Positions 43,323 to 53,076 of a stretch of DNA of 64,000 bases are shown here, piece by piece. A program made the translations under genes and the position numbers. The notes beneath the pieces were generated by a model, which did not search any database, was not told the DNA's origin, and saw only the letters and a list, made by a program, of their open reading frames with translations. Source of the DNA: Candidatus Krumholzibacteriia bacterium (GTDB taxonomy: Bacteria; Krumholzibacteriota; Krumholzibacteriia; G020349025); the NCBI GenBank assembly GCA_035649275.1, contig DASRJW010000009.1, positions 3,771 through 67,770 of the forward strand, written 5' to 3'. Position 1 is the first letter of the stretch. Each line of letters begins with the position of its first letter.

Positions 43323-43721
43323 ATGGATCGTGACATGCAATACACAGTGGACTTCGATGAGAGTGCGTGGCTCGTGCGCTGCAAGGTGGCTGGAACCATC
43401 CACGTCGAACGTGTCGCCGCCATGGTCGCCGACGGACTCGTGGTCGCCCGCACGCACGCCTGTCGTTGCGCACTCATCGATTGCAGAGAGGCTACGGCCA
43501 GAGATTCCACCACCGAGACCTTCGAGATCATGAGCGGCCTCGACCGCTTCGGCCTCGAGCGCTCCGATCCCATCGCCGTCGTCTATCCCAAGGGCGCTTG
43601 GAGCCCTCAGTTCGCCGAGACCGTGGCCCGGAATCGAGGTTGGCGGAGCATTCGATTCTTCACCGACCTGAGCGCCGCCGAGGATTGGCTGCAAGAAACA
43701 CGGGCTACACGAGTTTCCTGA
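43323..43721 (+). CDS. Small STAS-like (SpoIIAA-like) domain protein, hypothetical
   Basis: 132 aa; C-terminal ...IRFFTDLSAAEDWLQE resembles the end of STAS/anti-sigma-antagonist folds; weak. Confidence 0.4.
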   Translation: MDRDMQYTVDFDESAWLVRCKVAGTIHVERVAAMVADGLVVARTHACRCALIDCREATARDSTTETFEIMSGLDRFGLERSDPIAVVYPKGAWSPQFAETVARNRGWRSIRFFTDLSAAEDWLQETRATRVS

Positions 43722-43773
43722 GCGTTGTTATACTGGGGCAGCCCGCACTGCCACGAAAGGCAGGGTTCTGCCC

Positions 43774-45720
43774 TTGCTCCGCCTCTTTCTGCCCGTCTGC
43801 AGAGCACCTCGTCGCCCCCGTGATCGCCCTTCCTCGGAGAGGGTTGGTGGGCTCCTAGCCTTTCTCTGCGTCGCCTGCGTTTCCTGGGTTGGTTTTCAGG
43901 GTGCGGCGGCGAAGGTCGCCGCCGAGGCGTCTCTCGGTGTGCGTCTCGCCCGCGCCTGGGCCTCGATCGAACCGGGTGAGACCATCACTGCCTGGGTCTT
44001 CCTGCGCGACAAGGGAAACCCACCGCAAGAGCGACCCTTCTTCGAACTCATTTCGGAGCGTTCGCTCCGGCGCCGCCTCCGGGTGCGGTCGCCCGAGGAG
44101 GTCATCGACTCCGGCGACATGCCGCTCGATCCTTCCTACGTCGCTGCGGTGGCTGCCCGGGTGCATCAGGTCCGCCAGCGCTCCAAGTGGCTCAATGCCG
44201 TGAGTGTCGAGGCGACACGGGAGCAGTTGGCCGCGCTGCGCGGCTTGCTGTGCGTTCGCTCGCTCGAGATCGTGGCGCCTCGGATACGCCCCTCAGTGGC
44301 TCCCAGCTACCCATCGCTCGCCAGCGTCCCACCTCTCGGTCGAAGCACGACCGCGTCGCCCCTTTCCTCGAGCACCGTCCCATCGCCTCCTCTGCAGAGC
44401 ACCATCCCGTCACCTCCTTCCCTCGGCACCGTCCCCTCCCGCTTCGACTACGGCTGGTCGCTCAACCAGCTGCAGCAAATCCGCGTCGTCGATCTCCACA
44501 ACATGGGCTTGACCGGCAAGGATGTCTTCATCGGTCACTTCGACAACGGCTACCGCCTGCTGTCGCACGAATCGCTGACCGGCTTGCGTGTGCATGCCGC
44601 CTGGGACTTCGTCGCCAACGAGCCGAACCCGGACCCCATTCCCTGCGGGCCCGGCGAAACTTGCGACTCCCATGGACTGGAGACACTCTCCATCCTGGCG
44701 GGGTTCAAGGAAGGCAAGCTCATCGGGCCGGCCTTCGAGGCGACGTATTTGCTGGCCCGTACCGAGAGCGATGCGGTCGAATCGACGGCGGAAGAGGATC
44801 TCTGGGTCGCGGCCATGGAGTGGGCCGACAGCATCGGCGTCGACGTCGTGAGCTCGTCCGTGGGCTACCGCGGTTTCGATGATCCCCTGACGAGCTACAC
44901 CTGGGAGGACATGGACGGGAACACGGCGGTGATCACCCGCGCCGCCGACATGGCCGTGGCGCGCGGCATCGTCGTCGTGGCGGCCATTGGCAATGATGGC
45001 CTCCTGCAAGACTTCAACACGATCTATGCCCCGGCCGACGGCGACTCCGTGCTCGCCGTCGGCGCGATCGACCAGAACGGTGCCTATTCCATCCTCAGCT
45101 CCTACGGCCCGACGGCGGACGGCCGCACCAAGCCCGACGTGCTCGCCGAAGGCATCGGCACGATCATGGCGCTGTCGTCGAACTCCATCGCCTACGGCGG
45201 CGGTTTCGGCACCTCGGCGGCGTGTCCTCTCGTCGCTGGGGCGGCGGCATTGCTGCGCTCCGCATTCCCGGCGGCGACGCCGGTGCAGATCGCCACAGCC
45301 CTGCGTTCGACGGCGAGCCGCTCTGCGGCGCCGGACCGCTTCGAGGGCTGGGGAATCATCGACGCGCTGGCGGCGTATCGCTACCTCCGCGACCTGGGGC
45401 CGGCCCCATCGCCCTTCGGTGGCCGCACCGCGCGCATCGTGCCGAATCCCTACCCCGTCGGCCCGACGACACCCATCCAGATCGAGCTGCCGGAACCGGC
45501 GTACGTCACCCTGCAGCTCTTCGACGTCCGCGGCCGCCGGGTGCGGGCGCTGCTCGCCGAACCCTTGCCCGCCGCCGAGCACACGATCCCCTGGAACGGC
45601 CTGGACGACGGTGGTCACGGCGTCGCCTCGGGTGCCTACTTCCTCCAGCTGCAAGCGAGCTCCCTCGCCGCACCGGAGCGCGTGGAGCGCGAGACGCGCA
45701 AGGTCATCCTGCTGCGGTAG
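43774..45720 (+). CDS. Subtilisin-like serine protease (S8) with C-terminal FlgD-Ig/T9SS-like domain
   Basis: Catalytic triad blocks VFIGHFDNGY (D), CDSHGLETLS (H), GTSAACPLVAGAAALL (S); C-terminal ...LQLFDVRGRRVRAL...WNG...GAYFLQL... domain. Confidence 0.8.
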   Translation: MLRLFLPVCRAPRRPRDRPSSERVGGLLAFLCVACVSWVGFQGAAAKVAAEASLGVRLARAWASIEPGETITAWVFLRDKGNPPQERPFFELISERSLRRRLRVRSPEEVIDSGDMPLDPSYVAAVAARVHQVRQRSKWLNAVSVEATREQLAALRGLLCVRSLEIVAPRIRPSVAPSYPSLASVPPLGRSTTASPLSSSTVPSPPLQSTIPSPPSLGTVPSRFDYGWSLNQLQQIRVVDLHNMGLTGKDVFIGHFDNGYRLLSHESLTGLRVHAAWDFVANEPNPDPIPCGPGETCDSHGLETLSILAGFKEGKLIGPAFEATYLLARTESDAVESTAEEDLWVAAMEWADSIGVDVVSSSVGYRGFDDPLTSYTWEDMDGNTAVITRAADMAVARGIVVVAAIGNDGLLQDFNTIYAPADGDSVLAVGAIDQNGAYSILSSYGPTADGRTKPDVLAEGIGTIMALSSNSIAYGGGFGTSAACPLVAGAAALLRSAFPAATPVQIATALRSTASRSAAPDRFEGWGIIDALAAYRYLRDLGPAPSPFGGRTARIVPNPYPVGPTTPIQIELPEPAYVTLQLFDVRGRRVRALLAEPLPAAEHTIPWNGLDDGGHGVASGAYFLQLQASSLAAPERVERETRKVILLR

Positions 45721-45734
45721 CGGCGCCGACAGCT

Positions 45735-46934
45735 CTACGGCGCGCCGGCGCACGGGGCCCAGAGTGAGGTCGAAAAGGTCGCGTTCGGGCCCCATCCGAC
45801 CCGTTTCAACCGCAACTCACGGCGGTGCTCGGCGTAGTCGCAGGAGGTCCGATCGGTGATGCTCTGGGACAGGATCCAGGTGTCGCCATCGACGACCAGG
45901 GCCTCGATCGCGTTCACCCCAGGGTCGGGGATGAAGCCGCGGTAGCTCCAGTGGCTGCTCCCCGCTGCGTCGGCGCGCAACGTCGATGAGGTGGCGTACT
46001 GAACGATCGTCCGTGGGTGCGGCACGCTGCAATCGTCCTCCGGGTCAGCCCAGTCGGAGAACAAGAGATAGAACGTCCCGGCGTGTGAGAGGACGTACGG
46101 GTTCTCTGCTTGACCGCCGGTGGGCTGGCCGCCGCTCCCGGCTGTCAGCAGGCGGGTGGCGTCGATGTAGCCCGCCCCCAGCCAATGGACCAGGTCCGCG
46201 GAGTACGCGACCGTGACGACTCCGAAGCCGTTGGTGCTCTTCGCGGTGGCGAACAGGACCCAGCGCCCATGGGCGGCATCCCAGAGGACGAACGGATCCC
46301 GGCACTGCTGGTTGTGCGCTCCTGGCGGCCCGCCCCAGGTCGTCCACGCCTCCGCACAGTCGTAGATGCAGCCGTCGCCGGAGGTCTGGTGGCAACGGTT
46401 CAGTGGAAAGCGCGTCCAGGTGGTGAGATCCGTGGAAGTGGCGAGGCCGAGGCGCTGCTTGGCGTCCGGGCCGGTTCCGCTCGTTCCGGTGTAGAACATG
46501 AAGTACGTCTTTCCGTTCTGAACGATGTGCGGTGCCCAGAGCGCCTGAGAATCCCAACCGCCTGGGTTTTTCTGTAGCGCGACGCCGACGTAGGTGAGGT
46601 TCTGCAGGTCTGTCGTGGTGTAGTGCATGATGTCGCTGCCGACCCCTCGATCCTCGTTCTGGAAGAACAGATGGTAAGCGCCGCTGGCGTCTTCGATCCA
46701 GGCATGGTCGACGATGTCGTCGTCTTCGTCATCGATCGTGGGGTAGTTCTCGTCACGGGGATAGCCATCGCCATCATCGTCATCGATCTTGGAGCTCAGG
46801 AAAACGGTGTTTGTGGTCGGATTGCAAAGCGTTGTACCGTCGCGCCCCATGGGGTCGCCGCCGCAGCCGAAGATCAGGAGCGGGATGCAGACGGCACCAG
46901 CCGCGAGCGCACGCCCTCGAAGCCGGGACCACAT
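45735..46934 (-). CDS. Five-bladed beta-propeller glycoside-hydrolase-like lipoprotein (GH43/GH32 clan, family uncertain), paralog 1
   Basis: Lipoprotein signal LLIFGCGG; acidic DDDDGDGYPRDENYPTIDDEDDD stretch; WAPHIV, RDPFVLWD, ENPYVL blocks. Confidence 0.6.
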   Translation of the reverse strand: MWSRLRGRALAAGAVCIPLLIFGCGGDPMGRDGTTLCNPTTNTVFLSSKIDDDDGDGYPRDENYPTIDDEDDDIVDHAWIEDASGAYHLFFQNEDRGVGSDIMHYTTTDLQNLTYVGVALQKNPGGWDSQALWAPHIVQNGKTYFMFYTGTSGTGPDAKQRLGLATSTDLTTWTRFPLNRCHQTSGDGCIYDCAEAWTTWGGPPGAHNQQCRDPFVLWDAAHGRWVLFATAKSTNGFGVVTVAYSADLVHWLGAGYIDATRLLTAGSGGQPTGGQAENPYVLSHAGTFYLLFSDWADPEDDCSVPHPRTIVQYATSSTLRADAAGSSHWSYRGFIPDPGVNAIEALVVDGDTWILSQSITDRTSCDYAEHRRELRLKRVGWGPNATFSTSLWAPCAGAP

Positions 46935-47009
46935 GCGGCGCCTCCAGAGCGCTTCAGGGCGGGGGCATCCCGGGTGGCAACTTCATCGTAGCACTTCGGC
47001 GCGAGGAGC

Positions 47010-48289
47010 CCATGCGGGAAGAATCACAACTCATCCGCGCCATCGGCCGCTGGACTCTCGTGGCTCTCGTGCTGAATTCGATCATTGGCAGCGGTATCTT
47101 CGGTCTGCCGGCGGTGGTCGCAGGCAAGCTGGGCACCGCCAGCATATGGGCCTATCTCGTGGCGGCGGCGGGCATCGCCGTGATCGTCGCTTGCTTCGCC
47201 GAGGTGGGTTCGCAGTTCCGCCAGGCAGGCGGCCCGTATCTTTACGCGCGCGCGGCATTCGGCCGCTTCGTCGGCATTCAGGTCGGCTGGCTGGCTTGGC
47301 TCGTGCGCCTGACCTCGGCCGCGGCCAACGCGAACCTGTTCGTCCTGTACCTCGCCGAGTTCTGGCCGCGGGCCGAGCAGCCGCTCGAGCGCGCCGGGGT
47401 ACTGTCTTTGCTCCTCGGCGGTCTGACCCTGGCGAACGTCCGCGGCGTGCGGACTGGGACGCGACTGAGCAGCGTCTTCGCCATCGCCAAGCTCCTGCCG
47501 CTGGTCCTCTTCATCGTCGCCGGGCTCGTCTTCCAGCACACGAGGGCGGCGCCGAACACCGTACCTGCGGGCACGGGGGGCTGGCTCGAGGCGCTGTTGC
47601 TCCTCGTCTTCGCCTACGGCGGCTTCGAGGCTGCGCTGCTGCCGATGGGCGAAGCCAGGAACCCACGTCGGGATGCTCCCATCGCGCTGTTCGTAGGTCT
47701 CGCTGCCGTGACTGTGGTCTACACGCTCGTGCAGGTGGTCGTGGTCGGTACGCTCGATTTTTCGGCAGGAACGGAGCGGCCGCTCGCGACTGCTGCCCGC
47801 GGGTTCCTGGGCCCCGAAGGGGCGGCCTTGATCGCCGCGGGCGCGCTCCTTTCCGTCTATGGCTACCTGAGCGGACAGTTCGTGAGCGCGCCACGGCTGA
47901 CTTTCGCCCTCGCTGAGCAGGGCGACTTCCCGGTCGGGCTCGCGTCCATTCACTCGCGGTTTCGCACCCCCCATGTCTCGATCGTCGCCTACGCGGTCCT
48001 CGTTTTCGGTCTGGCCGTCGCAGCGAGCTTCCGCTGGAACGCAGCGCTCTCCGCCCTGGCACGCCTGTTGACCTACGGTCTGGTCTGCGGCTCTCTGCTC
48101 GTTCTGCGCCGGAGACAGCCGCACGCGCACGCCTTCCGGTTGGCGGGCGGCACGTTCTTCGCGGTTCTGGGCATCGCATTCTGCTGCGTGCTCGTGAGCC
48201 GCATGGGGAAAGTGGAGATGGTCGTCCTCCTGGCGACGGCAACGCTGGCCTCGGCCACCTGGTTCTGGGCGCGGCGCCGGACGGCGTGA
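47010..48289 (+). CDS. APC-family amino acid permease
   Basis: 12 helices; N-terminal NSIIGSGIFGLP consensus of amino acid/polyamine/organocation transporters. Confidence 0.85.
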
Positions 48290-48559
48290 GGTGCGGCAGC
48301 AGGGGAATCCGGCGCGGCCTCGCCGGCCGCCGGCGACCGTCGTGCATCGAACCGGTTTCTCCCCGACAGCAGACCAGTATTATCGCTCGCGGTACAGGAT
48401 GGCGAATCCCGCACCACGTGCCCGGTGATTATTCTAGGTGAGTGCGTACATGGTGCCCCTTGCGGAGCCGCGTAGGCGACCAAACCCAACGTGTCGAAGC
48501 TCCCGTATGCCGGGTTCGATGGGTAGGACGGACATCGAGTTGTACCGATAGACAATGGC

Positions 48560-49754
48560 TCAAGGCGGGGTGGAACACGGGGACCAGGGCGTGGTCGCGA
48601 AGGTCCCGCCGGGGCCCCAGACGAGCCGCTTCAAGCGCAACTCGCGGCGATGCTCGGCATAGTCGCAGGAAGTGCGATCAGCGATGCTCTGGGACAAGAT
48701 CCAGGTGTCGACGCCGAGGTGGAGCGCCTCGATCGCGTTCACACCAGGATCGAGTGTGAAACCGCGGTAGCTCCAGTTGTGGCTCCCCTCCGCGTCGGCA
48801 TGCAGGGTCGATGAGGTGGCGTACTGGACGATCGTCCGCGGATTCTGCACCGTGCAGTCGTCCTCTGGGTCAGCCCAGTCGCAGAAGAGGAGAGTGTACG
48901 AGCCGTCCCGCGCCAGGACGTAGGGGTTCTCCGCTTGACCACCGAACGGCTGGCTGCCGGATCCCCCCGCCAGCCGGCGCGTGGCGTCGACATAGCCCGC
49001 ACCTGTCCAGTGCACCAGATCTCCGGAGTAGGCCACAGTGACGACACCGTAGCGGTTGGTGCTCTTCGCGGTGGCGAACAGGACCCAGCGCCGCTCCGCC
49101 TCGTCCCAGAGGACGAACGGATCACGGCACTGTTGGTTGTACGTTCCTGGTTGCCCACCCCAGGTCGTCCACGCTTCTGCGCACTCGTAGATGCACCCGT
49201 CACCGGTCGTCTCGGGGCAACGGTTCACCGGAGTGCGCCTCCAGGTGATGAGGTCCGAGGAGGTGGCGAGGCCGATGCGCTGCTTGCTGGTTCCGCCGGT
49301 CCCGCTCGTTCCAGTGTAGAACATGAAATACGTGTGGCCGTTCTGGACGATGTGAGGCGCCCAGAGTGCCTGAGAATCCCAGCCGCCAGGGTTTTTCTGC
49401 AGGGCGACGCCGACATAGGTGAGCGCCTGCAGGTCCGTCGTCACGTAGTGCACGATGTCGCTCCCGGCCCAACCCTCGTTCTGGAAGAACAGGTGGTGCG
49501 CGCCATGGGCGTCCTCGATCCAGGCATGGTCGGCGATGTCGTCGTCTTCGTCATTGACGGCGGGGTAGTTCTCGTCGCGGGGATAGCCGTCGCCATCGTC
49601 GTCGTCGTTGGCGCTCAAGAAAACGGGGCTGGCCGTCGGTCTGCATGGCGAGGTGCCGTCGGCGCTCATGGGGTCGTCGCGGCAACCGAGGAGGAGGAGC
49701 GGGAAGCAGACAGCACCGACCGCGAGCGCACGCCCTCGAAGCCGGGTCCACATG
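48560..49754 (-). CDS. Five-bladed beta-propeller glycoside-hydrolase-like lipoprotein, paralog 2
   Basis: Protein co-linear with 45735..46934 product, with most residues identical on visual alignment and the same LLLLGC lipobox and acidic stretch; upstream in-frame ATG at 49790 also possible. Confidence 0.6.
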
Positions 49755-49891
49755 TCGTGCCTCCAACGCGATGTCGGGGGCAGCTTCATGGTAGCACGGC
49801 GGCGGCGCTCGGGAGATGGCCCGACTCTCGACCCGCCGGCTCTTGCCGGCGAATGTGGATTCTCCCCCAGAGAGAGGTTAGATTCCGTGGG

Positions 49892-51193
49892 ATGGACACA
49901 GTACCGGGTCCCCGCAGCCGCGAGCTGATGCAGCGCGCCGTTTCCCGGCTGCCGGGAGGGGTGAACTCGCCGGTGCGCGCCTTTCGGGCCGTGGGCGGCG
50001 ACCCGATCTTCGTGGTACGCGGCGAAGGTCCCCGGGTGTGGGACGCCGACGGGCAGAGCTACATCGACTACATCGGCTCCTGGGGGCCTCTCCTCTTCGG
50101 CCATGCGCACCCGCGCATCGTGGACGCGGTGCGTGAGGCGAGCGCCCGCGGCACCAGCTTCGGCGTGCCCACGGAAGCCGAGGTCACCCTCGCCGAGCGT
50201 CTCTGCGCCATGGTGCCCGGCCTCGACATGGTCCGCCTGGTGAACTCGGGGACCGAGGCCACCATGTCGGCCATCCGGCTCGCCCGCGCCTACACCGGCC
50301 GCTCCAAGATCGTGAAGTTCGCCGGCTGCTACCACGGTCATGCCGATTCCTTCCTCATCAAGGCCGGCTCGGGCGTGGCGACGCTGGGTCTGCCCGACAG
50401 CCCCGGGGTCACCACGGGGGTGGCGAGCGACACCCTGGTGGCGGAATACAACGACGTCGATCTCGTGGCCGAGTATTTCGACGCCAACCATGGCGCCATC
50501 GCTTGCATCATCGTGGAACCCGTGGTCGGCAACATGGGTGTCGTCGTGCCGCGCCAGCACTACCTGGAAAAACTACGCGCCCTGTGCGACGAGAATGACG
50601 CGCTCTTCATCTTCGACGAGGTGATGACCGGCTTCCGCCTGGCGCCGGGCGGCGCCCAGGAGCGCCTGGGAATCGGCGCCGATCTCGTCACCTTCGGCAA
50701 GGTGATCGGCGGTGGTCTACCCATCGGTGCCTATGGCGGCCGTCGCGATCTCATGGAGATGATCGCCCCGAGCGGCCCGGTCTACCAGGCGGGGACGTTG
50801 TCGGGGAATCCCGTGGCGGTGGCGGCGGGTCTCGCCATGCTCGATCTCATCGCCGCGACACCGAGCCTCTACCAGCAGCTCGAAGCGAGCACGAAGCGGC
50901 TCGCCGACGGGATCGAAGACCATCTGCGCCGGCTGAAGGTGCAAGCCTGCGTGCAGCGCTTCGGCTCCATGTGGACACTGTTTTTCCACCCTGGCCCGGT
51001 GCGCAGCTGGCAGGATGCCGTGGGCTGCGACACCCAGCGCTTCGCTCGCTTCTACCAGGCCCTCTTGCAGCGTGGTGTTCTCCTGCCCCCGTCGCAGTTC
51101 GAGGCCTGCTTCGTGAGCGCGGCGCACGACGACGCCAGCATCGATGCGACCCTCCAGGCGATCGGTGCGGCGCTCGAGGAGATCCGGGCGTGA
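49892..51193 (+). CDS. hemL: Glutamate-1-semialdehyde 2,1-aminomutase
   Basis: LPGGVNSPVRAF N-terminal block; class-III aminotransferase; PLP-lysine region FGKVIGGG. Confidence 0.9.
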   Translation: MDTVPGPRSRELMQRAVSRLPGGVNSPVRAFRAVGGDPIFVVRGEGPRVWDADGQSYIDYIGSWGPLLFGHAHPRIVDAVREASARGTSFGVPTEAEVTLAERLCAMVPGLDMVRLVNSGTEATMSAIRLARAYTGRSKIVKFAGCYHGHADSFLIKAGSGVATLGLPDSPGVTTGVASDTLVAEYNDVDLVAEYFDANHGAIACIIVEPVVGNMGVVVPRQHYLEKLRALCDENDALFIFDEVMTGFRLAPGGAQERLGIGADLVTFGKVIGGGLPIGAYGGRRDLMEMIAPSGPVYQAGTLSGNPVAVAAGLAMLDLIAATPSLYQQLEASTKRLADGIEDHLRRLKVQACVQRFGSMWTLFFHPGPVRSWQDAVGCDTQRFARFYQALLQRGVLLPPSQFEACFVSAAHDDASIDATLQAIGAALEEIRA

Positions 51194-52284
51194 GCGACGC
51201 CCCCTTCCTGCAGGCCTGCCGGCGACAGCCGGTGCCGCACCGCCCGGTGTGGTTCATGCGCCAGGCCGGGCGCTACATGCCGGAGTACCGTGCTCTCCGC
51301 GAGCGCGCCAGCTTCCTCGACATGTGCCGCAATCCCGATCTGGCGGTCGAGGTGACCCTGCAACCCGTCCGCGCCCTCGGCGTCGACGCGGCCATCCTCT
51401 TCAGCGACATCCTCATCACCATGGAAGGCATGGGCATCCGCGCCGAGTTCGCTCCCGGCCCGGTGATCCCCGACCCCGTGCGCACCCGCGCCCAGGTGCA
51501 GGCCTTGCGCGTGCCGGACCCCGAGGAAGCGGTGCCCTTCGTCCTGGAAGCGCTGCGGCGCCTGCGGCGAGAGCTGCCCCGCCACATTGCCCTCGTCGGT
51601 TTCTGCGGCGCTCCCTGGACTCTGGCCAATTACGTGGTCGAAGGGGGCGGCGCCAAGGAATTCACCCGCTTGAAACGCTTCCTCTACGAAGACCCGGAGG
51701 CAGGCGAAATGTTGCTGCACAAACTGGCGGCGACGAGCACCGCCTATCTGGTGGCGCAGATCGAAGCCGGGGCGCAAGCGGTGCAGATCTTCGACACCTG
51801 GGCCGGGCTGCTCGATCCGGACGACTTCGCGCGCTGGGCCTTGCCCCACGTGCGGCAGATGATCGTGGAGGTGAAGCGCGCCACCGCGGGAGCAGCGCCC
51901 ATCGTCTACTTCGCCCGCGATGCTTGGTCCGCGGCAGCGCACTTGAAGGCGTGCGGCGCCGACGTGCTCTCCATCGACTGGCGCACGCCCCTCGACCTGG
52001 CGCGCCGGACGCTGGGTGCGGACATCGCCGTGCAGGGGAATCTGGATCCGGCGGCGCTTTTCGCCCCCTGGCCGCTGCTGCAAGCGCGGGCCGACGCCGT
52101 CCTCGCCCGCGCCGGCGACACCCCCGGCCACATCTTCAATCTCGGCCATGGCATTTTGCCGGAGACCCCGGTGGACAGCGTCCGGCGCCTGGTCGAGCAC
52201 GTGCACGAGCGCTCGACACCGGGTGGACGAGGGACAGCACCACCGCGCCCCCACCGCTCCGGCAGCCCCGAGGAGGCGGCATGA
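51190..52284 (+). CDS. hemE: Uroporphyrinogen decarboxylase
   Basis: PVWFMRQAGRYMPEY signature; GTG start overlapping hemL stop (GTGA). Confidence 0.9.
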   Translation: MSDAPFLQACRRQPVPHRPVWFMRQAGRYMPEYRALRERASFLDMCRNPDLAVEVTLQPVRALGVDAAILFSDILITMEGMGIRAEFAPGPVIPDPVRTRAQVQALRVPDPEEAVPFVLEALRRLRRELPRHIALVGFCGAPWTLANYVVEGGGAKEFTRLKRFLYEDPEAGEMLLHKLAATSTAYLVAQIEAGAQAVQIFDTWAGLLDPDDFARWALPHVRQMIVEVKRATAGAAPIVYFARDAWSAAAHLKACGADVLSIDWRTPLDLARRTLGADIAVQGNLDPAALFAPWPLLQARADAVLARAGDTPGHIFNLGHGILPETPVDSVRRLVEHVHERSTPGGRGTAPPRPHRSGSPEEAA

Positions 52285-52856
52285 GCAAAGGGCGGATGGA
52301 AGCCTTCAGCGATGGTGTGATCGCCATCATCATCACCATCATGGTGCTGGAATTGAAGGTGCCGCGTACAGCCGAACTGACCGCGCTGCGGCCGGTCTTG
52401 CCGGTCTTCCTCATCTATGCGGTCAGCTACTTGTATCTCGGCATCTACTGGAGCAACCATCACCATCTGCTCCAGGCCACCGCACACGTCAACGGCCGGG
52501 TCCTTTGGGCCAACCTGCACCTGCTGTTCTGGTTGTCGCTCTTCCCCTTCGTCACCGGCTGGGTGGGACACACCGAGTTCGCTCCCTGGCCCATGGCGAT
52601 CTACGGCACGGTGCTGCTCTGCGCAGCCGTGGCCTACTACATCCTCTCCCGCGCCTTGCTCAGCCTCCACGGCAGGGAGTCCGTGCTCGCCGCAGCACTC
52701 GGCAGAGACCTCAAGGGCAAGTTGTCGGTGTTGATCTACGTGGTGGCCATCCCGCTCGCCTTCGTGGGCTGGTGGCTCGCCGGTGGCCTCTACTTTGGCG
52801 CCTCCCTCCTCTGGATCGTCCCCGATCGTCGCATCGAGAAGACCCTGTCGCGTTGA
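52281..52856 (+). CDS. TMEM175/DUF1211-family putative K+ channel membrane protein
   Basis: MEAFSDGVIAIIITIMVLEL N-terminal signature of DUF1211; ATG overlaps hemE stop (ATGA). Confidence 0.7.
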   Translation: MSKGRMEAFSDGVIAIIITIMVLELKVPRTAELTALRPVLPVFLIYAVSYLYLGIYWSNHHHLLQATAHVNGRVLWANLHLLFWLSLFPFVTGWVGHTEFAPWPMAIYGTVLLCAAVAYYILSRALLSLHGRESVLAAALGRDLKGKLSVLIYVVAIPLAFVGWWLAGGLYFGASLLWIVPDRRIEKTLSR

Positions 52857-52984
52857 AGCCACAGTGGGGGGAGTGGTTTCGGGTCTCGAGGCAGCTAGTC
52901 ACCGGGCGACTCGACAGGGCCTGGGCTCGTAGCCCAGACCAGGGTCCAGGACTGGATTCGGTAGGGGCCCCAGTCCGGGGCCTA

Positions 52985-53020
52985 CCTTTCCAAACGGAAC
53001 GGCCCGCCCTATAATGTGTT
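52985..53020 (+). promoter_or_regulatory. Candidate sigma70-type promoter: TTCCAA - 16 nt - TATAAT upstream of the large secreted protein gene
   Basis: Exact TATAAT hexamer at 53013-53018 in a 220-nt intergenic gap, a rare AT-rich hexamer in this GC-rich DNA; -35 match weak. Confidence 0.3.
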
Positions 53021-53076
53021 CCCCTATTCCAGACACCGGCCCGCACCCGAGAAGCGGACGGGTCTCGTCCGATCTC

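Noticed and set aside
48935-49890. 5' two-fifths of the 752-aa plus ORF upstream of hemL
   Set aside because: Antisense to the GH-like paralog 2. HemL homology begins only at ATG 49892 (LPGGVNSPVRAF), so the upstream extension is a GC-driven open frame.
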